From: Phoronis australis
Lineage: Eukaryota; Animalia; Phoronida
NCBI GenBank assembly: GCA_002633005.1
Contig: NMRA01000253.1
Span: 321,251-385,250, forward strand
DNA length: 64,000 bases
Direction of reading: 5' to 3'
The notes under the pieces: model-generated
What the model was told of the DNA's origin: nothing
Seen by the model: the letters and a program-made list of their open reading frames with translations, nothing else
Databases searched by the model: none
Part shown: one piece after another, positions 12,958-25,393 of the stretch
Numbering within the stretch: the stretch's first letter is position 1
Layout: every line of letters starts with the position of its first letter
Program-made: the position numbers and the translations under genes

Positions 12958-15900
12958 AACTAGAAAGATTGTTGTCACGGCGTGACAATAACGGACTCTT
13001 CGCGTGCGTATTACTGGAATAATTATGGGAAGTTACTGACAGCAACCCGTTTACCAATATTTAAAGGAATTCTTTAAAATTGTAGGAGAAATTACATATT
13101 AATATTTTGATGACCTTTCCACTAATTGACCTCTTCCGCTGCATTATGAGCCCCGATGATGGAGTAATTGTTATCTCGATTAAAAGTGTGGTTAATACTA
13201 ATAATCACAGATGTTTTACTTGAAGCACTTCAGAATACAAGATGAATGAAGTGGTCAAACTTTCAGAAGAAAAATGCACCTAATGACCCCATGGGTGCAC
13301 CAAATGACCTAAAAATTTAGAATTCAAACTCAATCACACTCAGTAAACAGAGACGTAATTCTGAAGTCTCTAGCTCAAAGTCTTAGTTAGCACCCAATGA
13401 CTTTTGACCTATTTTTCTGATTGGTTAGGCCTGTTGCGAACTAATGTAGGGAATTCAGTTGGCATGTTGACTTAAACCAGTGCGCTGAAATTGAAATGAA
13501 TTCTTTGAAAAACGTAGGAGATATAACATTTTGAACGTTACATGACCTTTGCACTAATTGACCTTATCCGGTGCATTTTAAGCATCTTTAGGAAAATTAT
13601 TGCAAAGCCCATGGAAAATGTGTTTAACGCTGAGAACCACAGTTGTCTAACGGTTGACACATCAGAATACTTGCTGATTGAAAAGGTCAAATTTTCAGAA
13701 GTAAAATGCACCTAATGACCCCATGTTTGCACTAAATGACCGGAAACTGTGTATTCCGATTTGATTTACCAGTGGCAATCAGACCTGTCAATTTAAAGTG
13801 CCTAGCTCAAAATTTTAGTTTGCACCTAATGACCTTTGACCTATTTCACCTGATTGGATGACCCGATTACTTAGAAAAGTAACTTTTTTAATTGTCATGT
13901 TGACTTATACCTGTGCACCGAATTTGAAAAAGATAGCTTTAAAACTAAAGGAAGAGTAGCATTTTGAAAATTATACAACCTTTGCACCAACGACCTCTTC
14001 CTGTGCATTATGGAATATGATTTTATAACCGATCAACATTTATATACTGTAAAAAGTTATGTGCTGAATTTAAAGACCGTTCCTGCACCCAATTTGGAGT
14101 TATTAAGCCTCAAAGTTGGTCGGAAGAAGGATAAGAAGAGTAAGAAGAATAAGAAGAATAAGAATGAAATTGAAAAAAACCCAGAAACAACAGTACTCTG
14201 CGCTTACATGCGCAGAGTAATTATTGTCACGGCGTGACAATAACAGACTCTGCGCGTGCGTATTACTGGAATTATTATAGGAAGTTACTGACAGCAACCC
14301 GTTTACCAATATGAAAAGGAATTCTTTAAAATTGTAGGAGAAATTACATATTAATTTTTTGATGACCTTTCCACTAATTGACCTCTTCCGGTGCATTATG
14401 AGCCCCGATGAGGGAGTAATTGTTAACTTGATTAAAAGTGTGGTTAATTCTAATAATCACAGATGTTTTACTTTAAGCACCTCAGAATACAAGATGAATG
14501 AAGTGGTCAAACTTTCAGAAGAAAAATGCACCTAATGACCCCATGGGTGCATTAAATGACCTGAAAAATTAGAATTCAAACTCAATCGCACTTAGTAAAG
14601 AGATACGTAATTCTGAAGTCTCTAGCTCAAAATTTTACTTTGCACTCAATCACCTTTGACTTATTTTTTCTGATTGGTTAGGCCTATTGCAAAGTAAAGT
14701 AGGGTATTCAATTGGCATGTTGACTTACACCAGTGTGTTGAAATTGAAAAGAATTCCTTGAAAAACGTAAGACATATAACATTTTGAAGGTTACATGACC
14801 TTTGCACTAATCTACCTTATCCGGTGCATTCTAAGCATCTTAAGAGAATTATTGCAAAGCCCATGGAAAATGTGTTTAACGCTGAGAATCACAGTTGTTT
14901 AACGGTTGACACATCAGAAAACTTGCTGATTGAAAAGGTCAAATTTTCAGAAGAAAAATGCACCTAATGACCCCATGTTTGCACTAAATGACCAGAAACT
15001 GTGGATTCCAATTTGATTTTCCTGTGGCAATCAGACCTGTCAATTTGAAGTGTCTAGCTCTAAATTTTAGTTTGCACCTAATGATCTTTGACCTATTTCA
15101 CCTGATTGGATGACCCGATTACTTAGAAAAGTATTTTTTTAAATTGTCATGTGGACTTATACCTGTGCACCAAATTTGAAAAAGATAGCTTTAAAACTGA
15201 ACGAGGAGTAGCAGTTTGAAAATTATATGACCTTTGCACCAAACGACTTCTTCCGGTGCAATATGGAATATGATTATATAAACAACCAAAATTTATATAC
15301 TGACAAAAGTCATATGCTGAATTTATACACTGTACCTGCACCCAATTTAGAGTTACTAAGCCTCAAATTTGGTCGGAAGAAGAATAAGAAGAACTAGAAA
15401 GATTATTGTCACGGCGTGACAATAACGGACTTTGCGCGTGCGTATTACTGGAATTATTATGGGAGTTACTGACAGCAACCCGTTTACCAATATGATAAGG
15501 AATTCTTTAAACTTGTAGGGAAATTACATATTAATTTTTTGATGACCTTTCCACTAATTGACCTCTTCCGATGCATTATGAGCCCCGATGATGGAGTAAT
15601 TGTTAACTCGATTAAAAGTGTGGTTAATGCTAATAATCACAGATGTTTTACTTTAAGCACTTCAGAATACAAGATGAATGAAGTGGTCAATCTTTCAGAA
15701 AAAATGCACCTAATGACCCCATGGGTGCACCAAATGACCTGAAAATTTAGAACTCATACTCAATCGCACTTAGTAAACAGTTACGTACTTCTGAAGTCTC
15801 TAGCTCAAAATTTTAGTTTGCACTCAATGACCTTTGACCTATTTTTTCTGATTGGTTAGGCCTCTTGCGAAGTAAAGTAGGGTATTTAATTGGCATGCTG

Positions 15901-16264
15901 ACATTGAAAAGAATTCCTTGAAAAGCGTAAGAGATATAACATTTTAAACGTTACATGACCTTTGCACTAATTTACCTTATCCGGTGCATTTTAAGCATCT
16001 TTAAGAGAATTATTGCGAAGCCCATGGAAAATGTGTTTAACGCTGAGAATCACAGTTGTCTAACGGTTGACACATCAGAATACTTGCTGATTGAAAATGT
16101 GTTTAACGCTGAGAATCACAGTTGTCTAACGGTTGACACATCAGAATACTTGCTGATTGAAAAGGTCAAATTTTCAGAAGAAAACTGCACCTAATGACCC
16201 CATGTTTGCACTAAATGACGTGAAACTTTGGATTCCCATTTGATTTACCTGTGGCAATCAGACC
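12958..16264 (+). mobile_element. Three head-to-tail ~1.2-kb Helentron/HINE-like non-autonomous units (12958-14220, ~14220-15391, 15392-16264)
   Basis: Each unit opens with (AACTAGAAAG)ATTxTTGTCACGGCGTGACAATAAC (5' palindrome) and holds three diverged ~430-bp core repeats. Units 1 and 2 carry an (AAG/AAT)n tract. Unit 1 ends in the hairpin TACTCTGCGC-ttacat-GCGCAGAGTA (14194-14219). Confidence 0.7.
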
Positions 16265-16896
16265 CCCCTTGGCTGCCGCAAAAAATAAAACAGCTAGAGC
16301 GTAGGGAAATGTTGAGTTTATTAATTAACCCCTGTAATTAAAATTATACGGATGAAACAAGATTTAAATTGTGCAGTTTTAGTGTTTGGGGGGAGCTCAG
16401 ATTCAATTTCATGAGTCAAATTAGTAACGGAACTATGGCTAAGTATAGGCTCTTCCGCTATGTCCCCGGTGACCGGCAGTGGCGCTGCGCACTCATACTC
16501 CGTTTCCGTCGTTTGCTCCACTGTGCAATGAAGAAAATTTACTTCATTTTTTAAAGAAAATGGAACCTGAGTGATGATGAAAAACATATGCTGCTGGTAA
16601 GATGTGAATTTTAATCGAGCCTTAGTGAGTCACTCAGAAGCTTATAATTCTCTCTTTGTCAAACTTTAACTTGAGACGATTTTCAAAGCAATCCCGTCAT
16701 TATTGCCAACACGAAAAACAGATTTGGTCTTTTGGGCATTTGCAAACTATTTTAAATACAACAAATTTGTTAAGAACCGATTGCACAAAATATATAACGT
16801 GTAATAAGCATAACAAAAAGACGTTGGTTTCGCGCGCAAACGTTGTTGGCCATAAACAAGTAGGTCTTTTTGGATACGATAAGTAGTTAAATCGTT

Positions 16897-16958
16897 GTGG
16901 TGTAGTGGTAAAGCACGCTCGATCTATCCGCCAGGTCGTGAGTTCGAGTCTTTGGTCT
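16897..16958 (+). mobile_element. Degenerate tRNA-derived SINE head
   Basis: A-box-like TGGTGTAGTGGT and B-box-like GAGTTCGAGTC, with no intact cloverleaf. Confidence 0.45.
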
Positions 16959-17409
16959 TCATAGTTTTTCCTGTTTGACACGTTCTCCGTGTTTTTTGCC
17001 TTTTTTCTTGGATAATACTTCAGTAATTAAGGAAATGCTTTATTTTTAGAGGAAAAAAACAGAAAATTTCCCTGGGCAAACCCCCCGCCCGACCTCCCCC
17101 CTATACGCATCTACAATCGTGGTTTGCGCAAATGCTTACAGCCAGACAAAATGTTGGGCACCCCTTGTGATATCCTAGATCCGCCACTGAAGTCGGCACT
17201 GCGGTCGGCTGCCGGTCGGCTAATTTTTAGCCGACCGGTCGACGACCGGTCGTCGATCAATTTCCGACCGGTCGGACAAAAATTCGAGATGTTTGCTGTA
17301 CTTGGAAACCAAAAGTTCCCTTTTGTAATCAGTGACACAAAAATCACACTCGTATACCTATACAGATGTATACCTCTGACCCTTATTGACAAAGGAAGAC
17401 TGAGCCCAG

Positions 17410-17893
17410 TGTCAGAATATAGTGTGACATTATTTTTAGTTGTATTGTTTTGTTTAGTTATTCTGTTTGATTGGCATGACCCCTGAGTTAAGTACAGTGA
17501 TGATGTAATTTGTTTACTACAGTATAGTATGGAACTTTCTGGAAGACCTTAGCATGACTGTGGTTAATGTAGTCTGGAATATTCTAGAGACTAGTATATG
17601 TTTGTAGAATGATTGGGTAGATTCAGGAAAGTTCTAGAATGTGTTTGAATTGATGTAAAGCTCCAGAACAATGTAGTAGGCTATAAATACACAAGCACGG
17701 TTTTGTGTTAGATCAGAGATTAAGTCAGTACAAGAGAAGATCAAGTGCGATCAAGTCAGTTCAAGAAAGTTAACCAGGAAAATTACAGTTGAGTTGCAGT
17801 GAAGAGAATCAGCAGTTACAGCGATAGTCAATAGAGAGCCAGATATAGAGACAGCAGGTTATTGAATCGACCAGTGTAATTGATGCTGAACGT
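17410..17893 (+). mobile_element. Truncated Gypsy LTR (5' copy)
   Basis: Starts TGTCAGAATATAG and is highly similar to 19142-19620. Similarity stops at ~17893, where the THAP fragment begins. Confidence 0.85.
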
Positions 17894-18535
17894 AGATGAA
17901 ATGCCTCCAGTCACTGTATATAGTGGCCAAAGCTTGCGAGGCTTCTCGCTTCAAAAACGCACTTCTCGGGGGTGTCGACGGGGCACTGCCGGGAATCAAC
18001 ATCGACGATATGGAACCCTTCTTCAAGCGTTGTTTCGCAGGGACCTTCATGAATTCAGCGTACATATCTCTTTCGTAATCTGACGGCTGAAAATTCTTGC
18101 CACTGCTTAGTGCGTTGCGTGAACGGGTAGCGCTGTGTTCTTCACACGAACGAACTAGCCAAATACGGCGAAGTGTGTCATCCTTCGGAAAGCGATGCAA
18201 AATTAAGGTACCCAAAGCGCGTGTGAGACGATAATGAGTACATCCTGGTACGCAGCAACAGCGTGTCATGTTGACTGACTCGTAAACAAAAGCAAACGAC
18301 GACCAAAATTATCACAACAGAGGTAGAACAATGACTGACTCGACTGCTCTCACTGTCAGACAGTATGAAAAGAAATTGGAGCGAAATTCTTGCCTCCCAA
18401 AACGTCACTTCCGCAGTAGAGGACAAGATATTAATTAAATTAGGAAAAGCTGTAATTAAGTGAAAAATATGTCCGGGATAATCAACATACCTTGTTTTTG
18501 CTAAAAAGTGACATGAAAAAAGGTTGCTTTCGCCT
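17894..18535 (-). mobile_element. Kolobok-like DNA transposon 5' end with a degenerate THAP domain
   Basis: ATG at 18269 gives MTRCCCVPGC..LHRFPKD..RRIW..KNFQPSDY..LKKGSI. The terminus reads TTAA|AGGCGAAAGCAAC on the minus strand (TTAA 18536-18539). The end is homologous to 42246-42500. Confidence 0.75.
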
Positions 18536-18540
18536 TTAAA

Positions 18541-19141
18541 CGGTTAGCTGTGTCCCCGTCCATACAAGAAGTGGGACTAAAACAAATCAAGGAAGCCCAG
18601 CATGGCGATTCATCAATGAAAAAACTGTGGGAGCAAGCTGAAGCCAAGGTTTAGCGACAGACCTAAGGCAAGGGGTCGTACATGATGAAGGTTCAGCGAG
18701 GAATACTCTATCGGATGTTCAAAGAGAAAGACGGTGACGAGGTGAAACAAGTTGTCGTCCCGAGTAGTTTACGGAAGACCGTCATAAGGCTTGCTCATGA
18801 GACTATACACGGTGGACACCTCGGTTTTAGGAAGACAACTGACCTTATCACCAGCAATTTCTATTGGCCAGGAGTGGCATCAAAAGTGAACCGATTCTGC
18901 AGATTATGCGACATCTGCCAGAAGACAATCCCTAAAGGTCGCGTGACCAAGATACCCCTGGGAGTGATGCCTTTGATGGAAGAGCCTTTCAAAAGGATTG
19001 CGATTGATCTGATTGACACTATAGCTCCAGTTTCCGACAAGGGAAACAGATACTTAGAGATGGATAATGAGGCAGGGTATACATGCCAGATGAAATGTGT
19101 TTGAAAATTATAGAGTAATTTTCTCTCTGGCAGGGGTGTGT
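18541..19141 (+). pseudogene. Gypsy pol fragment (integrase H2C2 zinc finger and start of core) followed by polypurine tract
   Basis: ORF 18682-19104: LAHETIHGGHLG..FYWPG..FCRLCDICQK..PFKRIAIDLI..GNRYL, then a deletion. GGCAGGGGTGTGT lies directly before the LTR. Confidence 0.88.
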
Positions 19142-19850
19142 TGTCAGAATATAGTCTGACGGTATTTTTAGTTGTATTGTTTTGTTTTGTTATTCTGTTT
19201 GATTGGCATGACCCCTGAAATAAGTACATTGATGGTGTAATTTGTCAACTACAAAACAGTGTGGAACTTTCTAGAAGACTCTAGCAGGACAGTGGTTAAT
19301 GCAGTCTGAAATATTCTAGAGACTAGTATATGCTTGTAGAATGATTGGGTAGATTCAGGAAAGTTCTAGAATATGCTTGAATTGATGTAAAGTTCCAGAA
19401 CAATGCATTAAGCTATAAATACACGAGCACGATTTGCGTTAGAGCTTAAGTCACTTCAAGAGAAGATCAAGTGAGATCAAGTCAGTTCAAGAAAGTTTAA
19501 CAGGAGAATTGCAGTTGATTTGCAGTGAAGAGAATCAGCAGTTACAGCGATAGTCAATAGAGAGCCAGCTATAGAGACAGCATGTTAGTGAATCGACCAG
19601 TGTAACTGTTGCTGGACGTGTCCCAGAAGTTCATCACAAGTCAAGGCATCGCAGCACTGGCTGAAGCATAAACAGACCATACGTCGGACGTTTTGTTTAA
19701 GTAGGCTTGTGAACATACGGTCGGGATTAATAACGGATTAACTCGAACCAGTCTTCAGTCAATCGTCGCACCGAAAGCTATCAGCACCGGTCTGTAACAA
19801 CCTGCGCCCGCCCACACACGGGGAAAAACCAACGCCAGAAATTTGTAACA
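19142..19850 (+). mobile_element. Gypsy 3' LTR
   Basis: TGTCAG...TGTAACA, a TATA-like CTATAAATA, preceded by the PPT, and duplicated at 17410. Confidence 0.85.
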
Positions 19851-20711
19851 TGCACTACTGCGCATGCGCTAAATCTTGCCAGCAGGCCTCCATAAGAAAT
19901 ACACAAGAGCAGGCTATAATCAGGAATTTATAAGCGAGGGGAGATAACTGCACAATTTGCCGATAGCCTGTCGCATAGAGTGTATCTTGCAAGGTCCAAA
20001 CCAATCTGAACAACAATATGGTCTAAATTCTAGTTTATAATTATCATTGTTATATTCTTAACATTAACTGAGTTGTAGGCCGCTATACAAAGTTATTTAC
20101 ATATTTAGTGCCGTGGTGTTGTAACGCCATGGTTGTAACGGAGAATAGAAACGGCGCCATTTTCGTTCGTTACACATCTGTGACGTGGTGTTGGGGAACA
20201 CAAAGGGAACAATGTGTGTCCAAGTGAGTACAGCAGCGTAGGTGAGGAATACTTTGAACGATACAGGGACGGACAGGTGGACTTTTCAGATGATTCCGAC
20301 CTTTCGGACGTGGTGGTGGAGGTGACAGACTCCCAGAGGAACAATATGTGTTCACAGCTTTTCTGTAGTGGAGCCGTTCTCCCTCGATCTCTTTCACGGC
20401 CCTTTCTCTGGTCGCCGAAGACTCACTCCCAGCGGGTTCGTCCTGTGAACGTCAACAGGCTGAAGGTGCGCAGGAGTTGCGATTAGATGTTAGTGATTGG
20501 TAAGAATATTATCAATATGTATCCAACAACCGCGAATTTTAACTTGGTCTTTTTTAATTCAAAAGTAGGTGCTTTACCAGTAAGTCCCAGGCGCGCATAT
20601 CCCCATTGGTGAATCGTGTTTCAGCCGTGGATAAATACCAGTTTTATCACTTATTTCTTTTTGCATTTTAGCAAATCACTCAAAAAGTGTTAGGTCTCTG
20701 GTTATTTGTAG

Positions 20712-20770
20712 ACAGTGTGGCTCAGTGGTTTGAGCTCGTGAGACTCGGGTTCGAGTCCTGGGTTTCACTG
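20712..20770 (+). mobile_element. tRNA-derived SINE head inside the KolX intron
   Basis: A box TGGCTCAGTGG and B box GGTTCGAGTCC, with the anticodon arm missing. Confidence 0.55.
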
Positions 20771-21274
20771 GCATGCAATTAAGCATTGAACAAAATTGTC
20801 TCTTACTTCTCCGAGAATGAGCTGGGTGTTACCAGTGAGTGAATAAATGTGTGCAAGGGAATGAATGAGAACCACTTTGGAATAATCGACTGTGAATTGT
20901 AAAGAATAGGATGAAAGAATTGTAATTTTATAATTTAGACTTTCTCACCTTGGTGCTGGGGGACGGCATAATTCTATAGGTTATAGAACAAGTCATTTCA
21001 TTTTCGTACTCAAGTCAACTCGGACCTATATCAATCTACACATGTGTTCCAAAACAGTTTTATTTTGTAAGGCGATGCTTTAAATGGAAACAACCATTTC
21101 ATGTCAATGTTTATTGACCCAATGTTGCCATTATTTAAAAATGAAATATGGTACATGGCTTGGTTACGAGTCGACGTAGGAACCGCCTGGTAAAGTTTCT
21201 ATAGAGTAAAGAGAGCATACCATTGGATTGGTGATTGCCCATATAGCATATCAAGAAGTTTTAATGTAAACTGT

Positions 21275-21335
21275 AATATTTAAAATATGGGCGACCCTTT
21301 GAGTGGCAACACTGCTTTTCAAGTTGGTTTGCCCC
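21275..21335 (-). mobile_element. Short L2/Crack LINE 3'-terminal fragment
   Basis: Reverse complement CTTGAAAAGCAGTGTTGCCACTCAAAGGGTCGCCCATATTTTAAATAT resembles the tail at 4950-5005. Confidence 0.5.
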
Positions 21336-23599
21336 ATTGTCATTGTCTAGTTTGATTAATGGTATGTGGGTGCCGATAGGATTCAGATTGGGAGAACAGG
21401 TCTCACGACTACAAACAAAACAGTCCCCTCCATCAATGAATCAGGGCAACTACCTTTTGTCTTAGGGTCAGCTAAAAAACCAAACAACTAATGTCCATTA
21501 CTATATCCCCCGGGCATGATCTACCACTGCCTTGGGTGTAGCACTATTCATTTGTATGAAAAGTAAATATCTTTACTGTATATGATCAATTTGTACAAAA
21601 AAATAAATAGGTTGTGATGTTCCAATCAATTTTTCTGAAAACTGAAGTCGTATGCAGACCCCTCAATTTGGTAGAGGCACTCTTGGTAAATTTTTCAATT
21701 CGAAATTTTGATGTTTACTGAAATAATATATTATTGTTGACACATCTTGCAGGTGCACCTGGGGCAACTGTCAGACAACCTCAGTTGTTGAAGAAAGAGT
21801 ATGTTGCCAAGAGGTTGACAAGGTTGTTGCAAAACTCGATGAAGAAATGAAGCGTGACAACTAACACAGAAGAAAAAAAATGTATTGTGGAGCATGGGGG
21901 TTTAAACCTGTATACATCAGTCGTGGTGTTTTGGAGACTGCATGATTGCAGTACAAAAGCCAATATCCTGATGGCTATGACAGATCCTTGGATAAAAGGA
22001 TTTGACACGTGGCCTACAGACAGTTCCAAAAATGGGTACACGGTCACTCAAGACAAACTGCCCGTGTTGTCATTCCATCATGCGCAGTAGCCTGCATCTG
22101 AGCTTTCTACCCTCTGCCAGGAAATGAGGAAGACTTTCGAGTTCCAAGGATTTTCTTAAAAGTTTCACCCATTTATAGATATCAACAGTTGTCTTAGACC
22201 TGGAATGCCAACTCCTCCACATGACCTATGTATTCTGTTATAAAAACTTGTGACTCAGGAACTAGTTTTATGTAATTCAAACGAGTTGCAAAAAGTTGTA
22301 GTGACAAATTCCATAGAAAGATCAAACATTATAACAAACGAATGCAATCGCAGTGCAACCTCAGCGGCATGAAATTGAAGTAGGCATTCCATGAATAGAC
22401 TTCTGTGGTTTCAGAATGGTAAATGATTAACACAGCGAGCAGCATTTATTGATGCTCATCAATCTGGTTACTTATGATAACATGGTCACAACAAGTGTAA
22501 TTTAACTAGGACTACATTATAAACCTATAAACTCAACATCAGTTAAACTTATGGTTTACCTAGGTAAACAGAGGAATTTGTCTAATTGAAGCCCAGTTTG
22601 TGTGCTTGAAGCGAACACATTGAACAGTATGGCTGTTAATTAAAAAAATTAAAAGTTTTGAATCTGGGTCATAGTCTGAAGTCGAGACTGAATCTTCTGC
22701 CCTCTTCTTATACAGTAGAACTCTCTAAATTGGTAGCGCTTCAGTGGGAACTTTAGAAAGGTTAGCATTAATTCCGCAGTAACGCCTCCAAAAAACTCTA
22801 ACTTTGATGAAATATCTCAGTCTCACTGGATACAACTTAGCGAGTTCTACTGTAATTCAATGAGAAATCAAATAACACGACACAGCAACCACTGAATCTC
22901 AACCCATAAGCTCCAGTATGCAATAGCGTTAGATGTCTATGACATGGTATGAAAACACAAAAAGTATGCACATGAGTAGGAAGTGGGAAATCTGTAGGGA
23001 GTGCTTGTACCACTCACTCAAAAATTCCCAGGACATTGTTCGAATTCTGTGCAAGTGATTATTCTGTGTACAATTTAGATGAGATTGTCCCACGAAAAGA
23101 CTGACGACCCAAACAAGTACCTTTTCACCCCCACTTAAGAAAGTCTTCCTATACCGACCCACGGTATGGAACAGCAACAGTTTAGTGCAAATCAAATATA
23201 CTTAAAAAAGCTATGCCGCAATATTTATAGTCATTGTATTGAAGAACCATTGAAATGTTTGCAGGTGCGGATCCAGGATTTTGAGTTAGGGGGGCCAGTG
23301 CACGGTATTAGTCAGGATTTTGCCCGTCAGACATTCGCACCCCTAAACAGTCAAATGGAATCTGGGAGAATTTTAAGGGGGGCATGACCCCCTCTAAATC
23401 TGCCACTAGTTTCAATATAAGAACATAGTATATCACTAGGTTTATCTATAGAAATGGGACAGCCAAATGCCACGCACAAAAGCTTTTCACAATTTCCACT
23501 ACTGGTACTATAAACACTGGCATTGCTATCTGTTCCACTATCAAAAATTTGATCTCAAACATTGGTAGTGACTGTTAAATATGTGACGGAAAGAAATTC

Positions 23600-24468
23600 C
23601 AGTGCTGTCCATTGACAAAGCACCAAGTCTGAATTTATCTGTGCCACGGCATCCTCCTTGGACACATCTGGCGCACCAGCAGTCGGCATTGGAGGGGCAT
23701 CAATTTCTAAGCGAATTTTAAGATCTCCAGCGTCTCTTGTTCCGCAATAAGTGGAAGGTGTTCTCCTTTCATTTACATACTCTGAAAAGCACAACAGCGG
23801 CAATTCAAAAGTAAAAAAAAAACATTTTGAATCCAGAGTAGTCCATGATTGAAGTAAAACATGATGATATCTAATTGCAAGTTTTCGCCTTCTTTTATAA
23901 CCTTCAAGCAAATGCCAAAACTAGATTTTAATCCTGTTTGTTTTTTGAAGCAGACTACGTTAATAATCAAAACCTTGGAATTGAGTTACCATCCTGTTTT
24001 ACTTTATTCTTAGTCTGCATTCTTTTCAAAATACATGCATCTTTTGAGATCAGCTTTATTTGTTGTGGCTTTTAGTTTTACTGATCCATTTATAACTAAA
24101 TCTTTCACGGAAAAACAACAAATTTTAAACACTTGAGAACTACGGTGATTGTGAAAAAAGATTGTTATTGTTCAGGCATTCCGAAAGCGTCATGAATTAT
24201 TAGACATCAAAATTCTCAAGGTAACTTACCTTGACCAGCTTCAACCTTCATGATGTGTTTGTCGTCAAAGCAGCCGTCCTCAAAATGGTCGGAGCATATT
24301 TCGGCTCCGACAGATGGCTGACTCGACAGTCATTTTCAAAAGACGAGCAGAGCACACGAAAACCTGCCATTACGCAGCCAGATGCTTGTCGTTTTAGAAT
24401 TTAAATGGGCTCATGCCTTCCATCTGGGTGGTGTTAAAATAGTTAGCACACACACACCGATGCACCAT
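23600..24468 (-). pseudogene. Kolobok transposase remnants: THAP exon (24468-24230) and C-terminal tip (~23790-23600); catalytic core deleted
   Basis: MVHRCVCANYFNT..MSPFKF*ND..*W..EICSDHFEDGCF..AGQ|gtaagt is THAP-like. The distal segment PPMPTAGAPDVSKEDAVAQ..FR resembles Kolobok transposase C-termini. Confidence 0.7.
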
Positions 24469-25393
24469 GGCTAAAACACGCCAAGGTTGAACGGTCTTTG
24501 TTCTTCGTGTACTGTGATATAATAGCAGTGAACTGCACTGTGGGATATGATCAGGTTTGTGTTCCCCAACACCATGTCACGGTGTCAAAGGTCAACTTTT
24601 CGCGCATTTTCATATTTTCGCTTTTTTAAAATAACTAAAGATACAATAATACGATGATTTGAATAAAATACATCCAAATAGCAATACCTTGAGGATATTA
24701 TTGCAATTTAACATACTTGGACCTTGCAAATTACACTTTAAGACTTGTTACTGCCAAATATCAGCGTCATTGGTGAAAATTTTTTCCACGTCTTTTGAAG
24801 TTTGCCCCATTCAGGCCTATGTTAACGATCGTCCGGAAGCCCATATTTGAGCGCATAGCTCATTTTGAAGTCAAGTTTGTAGCTGAATTCATTTTGCCAT
24901 CGGATTTGCCAATAGCGGAGGTGATTGCCAGGAGTACATGTACTCAGAGGTTGCTGGTCCAAATTTCATGCTGTTTTTCGAAAATTTTTCCACGTCTCTT
25001 GTGTTCAGAAAATGGATCCACGTACAGTGCTGTGAGATTAAATGTTGCCGATCGCCCGGCTGTCTTGCAATGGAATTTGCACTCTGTATAGATGAGAAAT
25101 TACCTCAGAATCGGTAAGAAATTGTTATGTTCATTTTCTCATCCGGTATGAGTTTAGAAATACTTTCGAAGTTTGAAAAAAGTCGGATTTTATACAGTTT
25201 TATGCAGGTTTTTCGCCTGTGAGTATAGTTGATACTGGTTATCTTCAAAATGTTGTTTCGTTTTGTGATCCACAGAACGTTGTCCTTTCGTCTTAATTTA
25301 ATACTGTTACATTGGAGTGGATTCCGGACACAAATATGTATTGGCAAACATCTGAAGATTAATAAAAAGCGCTTTGGCAGCCCGCTTAGGCTG

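Larger units (their letters stand above)
20212..22165 (+). pseudogene. KolX / P2X7 C-terminal ballast-like zinc domain gene, two exons (~20212-20499, 21753-~22165), decayed
   Basis: Splice GATTG|gtaag...ttgcag|GTGC joins ..LDVSDW-CTWGNCQTTSVVEERVCCQEV..CIVEHGGF..VLETA*..HVAYRQFQKWVHG..ARVVIPSCAVACI*AFYP. This matches the WCxCGxC/ECxCC/CIxxH/AYR..W/R.VIPSC.V pattern. It carries stops and frameshifts. Confidence 0.8.
19979..24737. mobile_element. Internally deleted Kolobok DNA transposon with two convergent pseudogenes
   Basis: TIR AGTGTA(TC/AT)TTGCAAGGTCCAA at 19979 and inverted ending at 24737. Right flank is TTAA (24738-24741); left flank is ATAG. It contains a KolX-like gene (+) and a THAP/transposase gene (-). 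Confidence 0.8.

Noticed and set aside
12790-12978. Poly-serine ORF
   Set aside because: Translation of a trinucleotide microsatellite.
16897-20770. Functional tRNA genes at 16897 and 20712
   Set aside because: Only A/B boxes remain, with no complete cloverleaf; treated as SINE heads.
24738-25393. piggyBac-like MITE next to the Kolobok TTAA
   Set aside because: The right end falls in the gap, so TIR and TSD cannot be confirmed.
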